Of a stretch of 64,000 bases of DNA, positions 53,401-64,000 are shown one piece after another. Position 1 is the stretch's first letter. Each line of letters opens with the position of its first letter. This DNA is from Lingula anatina. Its lineage: Eukaryota > Animalia > Brachiopoda. The stretch is from assembly GCA_051362555.1 (NCBI GenBank), contig CM120644.1:10438567-10502566 (forward strand). The letters run 5' to 3'. The notes under the pieces are model-generated. The model was not told the origin of the DNA. It did no database searches and saw only the letters and a program-made list of their open reading frames with translations. The translations under genes and the position numbers were made by a program.

Positions 53401-55920
53401 TATAAAATGCTACCAGGTTAAAATATTTTAAATGAAACCAAATGAGTTTATGATGGCCAAACCCATTTATAGAAATTGGCAACTGTTGTAAACCATTATT
53501 GTTCATATTTCAGATAAAATCGTAAAACATAGGTCTCACGTCACTCATCATTTACTTGAAGAAAAACGGATACACAACCCTCTTACTAATAATCCAATTC
53601 AAAGTCCTAAATAGTTCTTAAAAATATAATTCTAACGCCAGCACATTTCAATACATTGTAATCGATAAAAAACATGACGTGTACCTAACCCAACACGGAG
53701 GGTTACGTTAGAAGGAATGAATCTTCTTTTCTTGACAACGCTTCAGCGTCTGGAGATTTGAGAGTTCGAGAAGCTAGACCCGGTGTCTGCCTTCTTCCCA
53801 TATTTAGAAAAAAGATCGATGGTTTCTATGTGCCTTTCCGCTTCTGTTTAATTTCTTGTGACTCCTGTGTCTTCTTGTCTGGCCTTAACGTTCTGTTTTG
53901 TTTCTTTTCCAAAGCATTTATGACATGAGAGTTTGTCTGAAACTGCCCAAGATTTTGACACAGAATTCGCAATTTGAACTAAATAGCTTCTAGAACACAC
54001 TGTGAACATATTGTTGGGATAGATATACATGTAGGGTCTGAAAATACAGTGCACCAGAAAGCATGTTTGAACCGCGCCCTTGTAATTCAACAAACTCCGC
54101 GTATTTTCAGTCTTACCGCATGAGGAAGTGTGCTCCTGGGAACACATACATATACAAAAGTTGTTAATAATAAACAAAACCCAGTCAGGGATCGATCCAG
54201 ACGGGCCAAATGCATCAGTACATCACACATTGTTCATTCGATATTGAACATCTGTGTAAAAATCTCGCAGGTATAAGGCATGTAGAATGTAGCCCAGGAG
54301 AATAAGGGCAATGAGGCTTAATCTCGTTTCCGTTTCCGGTTCCGGTCCGTTGTCTCGTTGTTTCCACAGTATGTCAACACCACATGCTGCATTTTTGTGC
54401 CATTTTATATTTTATAAAAGATAGAAAATCTGTTTTGAGAAAGGTCCCGCGAGACCTCAGGGACAAAGTGATTACATTAATAGCACAATACATGCATTGT
54501 CATTATGTAAGGTAGATTAAACGATCGATAACGCTGGATGTAAAATCAAAAGATGTGTCCTCGGCTCGTCAACTCCCCTGAGGTCTTGTTCAGAATATGT
54601 CCACCAGGTGACATCGGAATATAGGAAAGGTGAAGAGCCCGCGATAACCTTTCGATTTTTTTTATTCAGTCCTGCCAAGCATTAGATATGTCTATTGTAT
54701 TTACATAACCTAAGGGATGGAACGACACCGCCCTACACTTCCTAAACTGTAAGTGGTAAACATTAGATGAAAAAAAAGCAATTAAAACGCTACATGTACA
54801 AGGGCTATATAATTCTTTATAACTAATTTTGGCCTCCTGTTGCCTCTCACTTATCCGCACGTGCGCACGCTGCCAGGTACATGTGTACCCACATAAATAA
54901 AACGCGCACATTTACTCGTATCTTCAGCATGATCAATCAGTACACGAACAGGTCAGCCTACATGCTTATCCTTGAAAATTAACTCAGTGACGCCAATAAC
55001 AACTAATTCCCAAATCGTGACCCAAATGGTGATGCGAGCATACCACAAGTAATGCCTATTCTCGTAGTCTTTCAGATAAATTACATCAATACACCGTAAG
55101 CCAGTCCATGACCGGAGGATAAAGGATCGTTTATGGCTTGGTAGCTGCAGCAAGAGCCATTATGGGAATTATGGCCGATTAGTGCCCCAACTCAGTGCTT
55201 TTTGTCTGTGACGTCATTTTATTACGATGATGTGACGTCACTGTATCATTTAAGACGAAAAACATTTTGCAATGTTACAAATAGTGACGATTTTTTGGAT
55301 AGTACTTAATAACTTCTCATAATAACAGGTGGGAAGGATTAGAAAGACATCTAGTTGTTTACCTTGATTCGCTTTTTGAGGTATTTCTTGGAAGCTCAGT
55401 CGAGTTTTGTGTTTTTGAGTTTTCTTTCCAGTAATGCCCTATAATAAGGATGCTAAATCATCTTGCATGAGTCAGTGGGCATACTGTACTGTTTCATTTG
55501 ATCTCTTTCCACCTTAAACATTTAGTGATACATAACTAATAAACTGGAAGAGACTGAATAAATCAGAAACATGGTTTAAGGTAATAGAGTCGGACATATT
55601 TGTTGAAGCATATTGTTTTCTTCTGTTTAAGCATTATCTGGTTTGTTTAGCTTTAGCATTACTGTAACGGCTGATTGCAATTTATGAAAAATACCAATCG
55701 CCTGAAGTGAATGTCAATATCCAGCGTGATGTGATAACTATATGTTATTAAAGAATGTCACCATTCTGGTTTGAATACGTCCTTGGCCAGGGATACGTGC
55801 TTAGTCTACTACTTGTTATCAAACAGTCAAATACCAGAGTTTCTGCCAGAGTTATTTGTCAAGAGTAAAGTAGGAAGGGTGTTTAATGTATATTAGAAAT
55901 CAATTTAATTACTGTCCTTG

Positions 55921-55923
55921 CCT

Positions 55924-55965
<42 letters not shown>

Positions 55966-56050
55966 TATTGTATGATTAAAGCAAATACTTGCAGTTTTGT
56001 GCCCTTTAATAATAATAACAATAATATATTGCATATTACCTGCAGTTTTG
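55921..56050. repeat. (AAT)n microsatellite within a two-copy tandem duplication
   Basis: CCTTT(AAT)nATATTG...TGCAGTTTTG occurs twice with different numbers of AAT units. Confidence 0.8.
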
Positions 56051-56733
56051 CATAATACGTGCCGTTTTATGTCCTTTGTGATTATGCGTTTTGACCATCA
56101 ATTCTGTATAAATGTCGAAATAATTAATATAATTATAATTTAACAATGGTCGTTAAAATAATATAGTGACAAAAACATAGGACGATTGAGTTCACGTGAC
56201 TGGTTCATTGCATTTACTGATTTTTTCAAGGCCAAAGAAACACGACTGTGGAGTGCGGGCTTTGTAAACATGCAGAATGGTCAATATCAAGATAATCAGA
56301 AGCACCACATGGGGGTTTTATTCATCATTATTTGTCAGAACAAAGGCGTTTTCCTTAAAAGTGAAAACATGTCAACAAACGTGTACTCATTACTAGCAAT
56401 GTTATTGCACGCTGTAGTAGGTGGCAAGCCACGAGTCAGACTCGCACAGTTAACGACTTTTCAGGGAAGCGCCAGTGTGTTTATAATGCGCAGCACATTA
56501 GATAAGCAATTAGGATAAATGCGAGCGGAGACAACAAATGCCTGCCTATATATATGGGGTTGCTCTATCACAGGGATCATAAAGACGTGTAATCCTCGTA
56601 TCATGCAGTCAATGACTTAGCCCTGCTACTACGGAGTTCGTAGCAATCATGGCGATGGTACTTTGCGGTGTGGATGCAGAGTTTGCGGGTTGGTAAGTCG
56701 CTCTAAGATAAATTGGGTGTGCACATATGTGCC

Positions 56734-56789
56734 CACACACACACATACGAGCTCACACACACACTTACACACACACACACACACACACA
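56734..56789. repeat. Interrupted (CA)n microsatellite
   Basis: Direct reading. Confidence 0.92.
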
Positions 56790-59700
56790 TAGGGGAAGGG
56801 GAGTCTTCTGGGTGTGATAAAGTTCGTTCCGTTAAAAACTGCTTTCGTCCGTCAGCGCGTTTGTCATTTGCAAACGGTACTCTGAATGGCATTTGATGGA
56901 AGGCCGGACGTTTGAATCTCATAATGATTCACGCTCGCATTCTTCGGGTCAGTCTATCTAATTAACTTCCCTTGTTCGCCAGATTGAACACGATAAGTCA
57001 ATCTCCAAAGTGTAGCCGGGTTCCGGCCATCCAGTTTAGAACGCCGAAGCAGAATTAAATGCTTCTACCAGGACAGCGCGTGAAATGTATAAATTATAAA
57101 TGGGTTTGGAGATCAAATAATGTCGTTCTTAGCTTTTTCGGGGGATCTTAGGGCTATATTAACTTATACATCAAGGGTTCATACCCAGGAGTATTTTGGT
57201 TCATGTTGCACGAGAGCCCCTTCTTTTCCTCTCTTTTTTTTTTTTTTTGACAGTTTAACCCATCTTTCCAAAACGTCCATCCACTCGTGAAGTGCATTGT
57301 AGCAAGTTAAACCCCCTTTACACTGGACTGCGTCATTTCTGCGTCATTTGTGCGACCATGAATCTTGGCATCGTTGTGGTCGCAGAAAGGAGACACCAGC
57401 ATCACTTTGAATGCTCAATGATCGGTCAGTTGTTGGCACGTTAATTATTTTTTTTACTCTCAAACGGGGCCGTACTACAGGACACAAAAGGACGCAATCC
57501 AGAGTAAGAGGACTTTAGTAAGTACGTACTTACCCACGCGTTCAGTAGAAATGGTCTCTCAATCAAACATTTCGGGTTACCCGTACCCGCTTCCCAGCAA
57601 AACACATAACTTTAAATAAAGTTACAATAACGTTTTTTGGTTATACAAAAAAATGAAAAGAATATAATAACTTGCTGTGTTTGCTGGGTTAGAGATTACT
57701 TGCATTTTAATTGGAAGTGACAAGCAATCATCATGCGATATAAAAGCATTATGGGAGCTCCTGCACCACCCCCAACCCCACGCAAACGCTCGTCCTTGTT
57801 GAAAAGATATAGGTGCCTTCATTTGCCTCACGGGCCGACAAAAGGTACATCCTGTTGTTTTTCGTGTTGGTATATATATTTTTCAGCTTTTCCAGTCAAC
57901 CTAAGGACACTGCTTGTAATCACCGGCGTTTTAACGTATGCACATTTTCATGTACCGCCAGCATTCCGTTAATATCACATATATTGCGGCACAAAGCACG
58001 ACACTGACATGTGAAGAGGAGGCGGTGTGTGTATAATAAAGAAGCGATTTTCATAACGTGCTGAATAATGTGGGAAAATGCCGTCATATTTGCATGACAC
58101 TGCACGTCTTTAAGTCGCATGGATGCAATATGCCTTTGGTTAACCTGAATTGGTGGATGCTAAGATCTAAATATGGATGTTTTAGAGAGAAAAATAGCTG
58201 ACTATTTTATTCGTTTAATGTGTTTGGCCAGGCTGCAAATTGGAGGCCAAGAGTGCAGACCCTGCTTGCTAGGAATAATGAAGGTATGTGGCTGCGTATA
58301 GGCATTATATTATACCGTCATAAATCACAAATGTATTATAGATTTACTTTAGCTTTTCCTGCGCCACGTGAAAGAGGTTTCCATACTTATTGCAACCATA
58401 CCTAGATAAGTGGTGTGGCTGTGTCGATATACGCCTTATTTGGTGTTAAATGTCCTTTTCGGCAAAAATGCGAGTACTTTCTCTTGTTTTGTATGTCACA
58501 GTCGCCCTCTTGCGCTACATGCCTTGAACGCCCCTCCTTGACTCTTGAGGCGGTCGCCCTTATATCGCTCGGGTGACGGTACATTACCTCCCACAAACAA
58601 TTTTGTCGATGGTGCTTAGACGACATACTTCAAACTAAGCAGTGGTGGCCGAATGCTAGGCAGCTGTCAGGATGTACTTGTCACTTTTATCCTCGGAGGA
58701 CTTTCCCCCTGATGCCCTCTCTAAGCTATCTAGGGTTGTGAGTAGATGGTCCCCTGCTTTCCTTTCGATGCGAGTCGGCTTCAGAAATTTTTAAGTGCTG
58801 TTGAATACAAAGTGACATCGCCGGTATTGGCTGTCATGTCATATTTCACGGTTGTTCATTCCATATAGGTGTAGTTGAATAAATTGATTTATCTATCGGT
58901 TCAAGTACTTATTTATTTGACTATGACCTGACAGCTGCTACGGATAAGCATGTAATATGAGTCCTTGTAGAGTATTTGACAAAGAAAAATTATCCTGAAC
59001 AGGGATACTCAATAATAAGTGTGTACCTATATGCCCGTCACTCCTCAGAAACAAACCTCGAGTGCAATATACGTGGTCTAGAGACAATGTTATTATCTAT
59101 TGATATCTACAATTACCATGCCGTTGAGTTCGCAATACCAAGTCCTATATAACGTTAAAAGCGTGAATAAAACATTAAACCCTCATTGACACTGTCATCG
59201 GTGAGAAATCTCTGAGCCCAGCTTTTATTTACCTTAGCTAATACACTGCCTCCTATAGCGCCGAATAACGTCTAATTGATTTTATAGAGTGATTTGCGGT
59301 GTTCTTGTCAAGGCGCACTGATATTAGCCGTACCAATGACGAATTGCCTCATATCCAGTGTTGCACACAGCCTTCTGTATCGCTTGCTCTCTGTAAACAC
59401 GCTGCTCAAGACTACGATACAGTGGCTTGATTACATCCCACGAGACCAGGTACAAGACGACATGTTTCAGGAAAATAAGTAATTTGCTGGTTGTGAGGTT
59501 TGAACACGCGATGGGCGTCAGCGGCTTGCGTTGTTTGTTATAATGCTTAGTTTTAATTGAAGAAGTAGTTTTGCCTTTGGGGAGCTAGGGTGCTGGCGCT
59601 TGGACTGAGGTAAGGTCTTTTACAGCAAGATTATAGGCTGTTTATGTTTCTACGGGTGTTAAGTATTCCTTTTTATGGCATTGTATATATTAACCAGCAC

Positions 59701-59849
59701 TTGAGCTCGTGCGAAGCTGTTTTCGTTTTGGCTTATGTGTTTTTTTAGGTGTGGACGTGTGCGTAGAATCAGAAGAATTGTAAAGACAGAAATAGGTACA
59801 TTTAGGAAGGACCGTATTGAAGGGGGGAGGGGGCATGTGAAGAACTATT

Positions 59850-59852
<3 letters not shown>

Positions 59853-59902
<50 letters not shown>
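59853..59902. repeat. Compound (TG)n(AG)n microsatellite
   Basis: Direct reading. Confidence 0.95.
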
Positions 59903-59903
<1 letters not shown>

Positions 59904-60386
59904 AAGACATTACGATCGCCACCTTCATATCTCATTTTGTGCAACAGACATCTCCATTCGAAGTACTTTTAACCGGTAGAAACCGTTCTAATGGAACATG
60001 TCGAACGTTCCGCCTGACACCGCCAACCTTTGATTAGCGCTTCATGTATCTTTGGTCCCAGAGCGGCCATTCGTCTTGTATCGGGCTGATGATTATTCTG
60101 GGAAAACAGATTTGTTCAGAGGACAGGTCAGTTCCGTGTCTACGGAGATGATGAGGCCCAGAGGGGCACATTTTCCAACAACAGAGATTGTCCTCGAAGC
60201 CGGTTTAGTGTTATCAGTATTGGGTTTAGTAAATGAAAATGCATCCATTTTTTCAACAAAATATTTTGCTTATCTTAAAAAGGTACTGATTTCAAATATA
60301 TGCCTCGCCGCGTCCACATTAACAGCGTATAATCAGAGTACCAAACAGCTCCTTAGTTCCACGAATGAAACAGTTAGTGGTGTATG

Positions 60387-60389
<3 letters not shown>

Positions 60390-60433
<44 letters not shown>
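60390..60433. repeat. (TC)n microsatellite
   Basis: Direct reading. Confidence 0.95.
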
Positions 60434-60435
<2 letters not shown>

Positions 60436-61719
60436 TCAGACATGTCTTTATTTCGTGCTGGTACTTGAATTGATACATCTACCTGAACATAATTCACCTT
60501 ACCACCAGCTAGAGATCATGACGCGCCTTTACATTGCTTGTCCTCTTCAGTTAATAATTTATTACCGCCTTTGTCTTCATTTATGTCAATTTTGCTACGC
60601 CCAACGACTTTATTTTACTTATTTTTTATTCACTCTAAAATCTGGAAATTGCCAATTTATCAAGCTTTGTATTTTATTGATGATCACGATAGAGTCGTTC
60701 GTCTTAGTTGAAGTCATTTTACAAAGGGCGTTTGTCTTTGAAGCAAAAAAAAAGGCACTGGTTTGACACGTGCTCTTTGGTTTGTTATTTACATAAGTGA
60801 TGTTGTCTGTAGTCAATCCGACGCGGTTCGGTTCATCTTACTTCGAAATGTGCCATCTATTTGATTATCTTTTCCTCAGTTTGCTTATTAAATCACGAAG
60901 CATAAGTGACAACTGCGCGTCCTCTCGCTATCAATTGTTCTATAAACCATTGCGACAAACCTAGATGGATATAAAAGGATATAAATGTGATTCCAGGTGT
61001 GTTTGCACTTCATTATGAGATATTCCATGACATTAGGTATACTTCTATTGTGGCATTTCACTTATGAAACGAACTAATTAAGGCAATGTGGCACAGTTTT
61101 TTGGCGAGAGAACGAGGTTATTGACTTCTTCTTTGGTCAAAATCTCGGCAACCATAGACGTTTAGTGTTAAGTTTTGTTTATTATTTTTTATACGCATGA
61201 TGGGTCGCATGTGGCATGCATACACACACGGGCCATTTAAGTTAAGTTGTACAAAATCATCCTGAACATCATATACCACCCGCGTTATACAAAGACAACT
61301 TATCAAAATAACTACTACACACAATCCACATAACATTGTATTAATACATCCAATGTATAACTATAATTGTCAATGTGATTTCCATTTTTAGGTTTGCTAA
61401 AGCATGTTTACAACGACCAGTTATCTGTGTGGGGGAGATCTTAATAACAAAGATCGATAACAGTTGAAAGTGTAGGTGGCAAACGACATTGAATAGATAC
61501 ATATACAAGTTAAGAAAAAAAACATACAAGTCAAGAACACGTGTATCATAATACAAAACGTCCAGTGATAAACATGGATGATTGGGTAGTAGTAGTAATA
61601 GTTTATTTATGATGCGAAAATGCTGCTACACTCAAAGACACTCAAATAAATGCCGCCACGACTAAACTGCACTAATTAAGATTTGCGGATTTTCATTTCA
61701 TGAGAATTTAGGAGGAGTT

Positions 61720-61769
<50 letters not shown>

Positions 61770-61788
61770 TTATTATTATTATTATTAT
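61720..61788. repeat. (AAT)n directly followed by (TAT)n, forming an AT-rich quasi-palindrome
   Basis: Direct reading; the two tracts are reverse complements of each other. Confidence 0.92.
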
Positions 61789-63260
61789 ATACTGTCACAG
61801 CTAGTTGAGGAAGCATGTCACAGTGGAGAAGACACTGCCATGTGCACACATTGGCCTACGTAGGATTGGAAATCCTTTTCGATATTCAGTAACTGAGAGC
61901 AATATGCTAATATACGTATAATACAGGTGTGACAGCACACCTATTCAGCATACATGTATTATTTGACAAATGAAAATGCTAACATTGCTACCCAGTGTAT
62001 TATAATTATACTATTGCTTGCCAGTAAACGATTAGGGAATTTATCTAAGTATACAAGTTGTGTCATAGCCGCATTGGAACGTTGAGATAAACGCATTAAG
62101 TGATTAATAATATTGATTAACTAATTCGTTGACTGATATCCGCAGGTGAAACGAAGGTGACGACACGTTGAACTTAGATAAACTGACGTGCAATTAGTTA
62201 CCCCTTCCCTATGCCTTGTGCTGTCTAGTTTCGCTTTAGTGCGGCGTGTGCTGCAGTTTATGTGCAAATCGGCTTACCTTCCTTATTTGCAATGTACTTG
62301 TAAGTTCACAGTATATGCATGTGCCCTTACCTGTTGAAGACGACAGGCAGATGCTGATAAAATGTTCAGCAGGTGAGCATAGATTATGTACAATGCGATT
62401 TTTACCACTCGATATGCACTTACATCTAGTAGTTCAGAATATATCTAAGCGAATGAAGGATTTGACTCAGTCTTTAATGAGCGCTATTTTAAGATAATCT
62501 CCTTTAAAAGGGTTTGTAAATTAACTAATTCACGTTACTTTATACACTCCATTTTGTTTATTTGTTTGAATTCACCTAAGCCATGGAACCCTTATAAAAA
62601 AAATTACACATATACCCGGTAATGCCCAAAATATTTTTCATCTTTTTTTTTCTGCGCCGGAAGGGTTGCATAACGGTGTTCATAAGGTCTAAGTGCCTGC
62701 ATGTTTACAGTTCGACTTCAAACCCTTTTTTCTGTAGAATAGGAGACAATTTGCGGTTACCTTTCCAAGATAATGGTCTACTGAACTATTGGGATTGTTC
62801 AAACGCAATTAGGTAATTCAACTTGCATTAATTGTTATGCACAGGGAATAGGGGTAGTTCTTAAGTCCACGGCCGGTGAAGTAAAGTTCAGTGGACAGTG
62901 ATATGAGACGTGACCATTGATATAAGTATTGTAATAAGATTGAGATTGCCAAGATGATTCACAGAGAAGACAGTTGCCGTTTAGAAGAGTCTGTTTGAAA
63001 TATTAAAAAAAAAAAGATTGTAAAAGATAAGCAGCTGGCGAGGTAAAGTGTGATTGTGATTTCATTGACAATATTTATTATTATTATTATTATTTTTATT
63101 ATTATTGTTCTATTCTACGATCATCACTTGTGGAAATCACGTTGAAAACGTGTACAACGTGTAAGAGGCCTGATGCTTACTTTGATCGTCATAAACATCT
63201 CGGAACTGCGAAAGATGACAGTTGTATCATACAAAGTCTGTTAGTGCGAGACCCAGCTAT

Positions 63261-63423
63261 CAAGGGCGGATTGAGGCCGTCTTCTGGGTCTTCCGGAAGA
63301 CGGTCAGATTTTCAAGTTTGACGGATATCTAATTTTTTCTCTCGGAAGACGGTCAAAAATACAGGACGGATCAACAAAGATAATTTAGAAGACTGTCAGT
63401 AAATAGCTCTGGATCCGCCCCTG
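63261..63423. mobile_element. MITE, unclassified non-autonomous DNA transposon, 163 bp
   Basis: Imperfect TIR CAAGGGCGGATTGAG / CTGGATCCGCCCCTG. GCTAT duplicated at 63256-63260 and 63424-63428. Internal repeats of GAAGAC(G/T)GTCA. Confidence 0.75.
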
Positions 63424-64000
63424 GCTATCATAAAGGTGGGCGTTGACTTGTGATTTAATTTCCATATATTGTACATATAGAGCCTGTCGCAAGGCATACT
63501 TTACATTTGTTATACATGTAGCTTCTGCGAGTATTATTTCGTTCAAGAGATGCATACCGGTATCTTCGAATATGATTTGCAAGCGTTAGAGCTTAATGAA
63601 AGTGCTGGTTGGTATTCATTTTAATGAGATTTACAGAAATGTTACAATCACCACATTTTTTTGGTGAAAACAGTAGCACTGCTGTTATATATAAATCGTG
63701 TACATAAAAAGTTTAACGTCGAAAAGAAAATCAGTTGGCAACATTTTATAAATACAAATAACGGGTTGCTGCAGTATGCAGTTAAATTCGAGTTAGAATG
63801 CATTAAGTCAGTGCATTCACCCCCTCCCTCCCCTACAAGGTTATCTGGGCGTTGACAACACCTGTTCAGTGCGTCTCCCAGCTCACCTGAGGATTTAATT
63901 GGATTGAATCATAGGCATGCTATTTACCACTCATTTAATTCCCCACAATCCAAACACCTGTCGTATTGAAACACATTCGTTCCTGCGGGTATAAGAACGG

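Noticed and set aside
58630-58700. tRNA gene or SINE head (A-box-like TGGCCGAATG); similar B-box-like GGATCGAT at ~34714 and ~54189
   Set aside because: No correctly spaced A/B box pair or cloverleaf could be built.
62793-62810. GATTGTTCAAACGCAATT resembles mature miR-219-5p
   Set aside because: Mismatch at the seed edge, differing ends and no complementary arm to form a precursor hairpin.

Overview
AT-rich eukaryotic genomic DNA, probably from a metazoan invertebrate (inferred from composition, microsatellites and transposon types). The one clear protein-coding feature is a complete, apparently very young BEL/Pao LTR retrotransposon on the minus strand (4610-11059). It has 288-bp LTRs that are identical by eye, a 5-bp AGGTT target-site duplication and one uninterrupted 1777-aa Gag-PR-RT-RNaseH-IN ORF. 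Its priming signals are the most interesting part of the window. (1) The site next to the 5' LTR lacks the TGG of a tRNA primer-binding site and is instead complementary to a segment inside the element's own LTR, suggesting Tf1-style self-priming. (2) The PPT position ends in GGGAGCCA, and a second, longer copy (TCCCCGTCAAGGAGCCA) lies just after pol; both resemble the 3' end of tRNA-Asp, raising the possibility of tRNA-primed second-strand synthesis. The other ~57 kb has no recognisable host coding exon. It holds several MITEs (Harbinger-like, Kolobok-like, unclassified), fold-back structures, microsatellites and a few low-confidence non-coding exon or promoter candidates. All comparisons were made by eye, and the tRNA sequences are recalled rather than searched.
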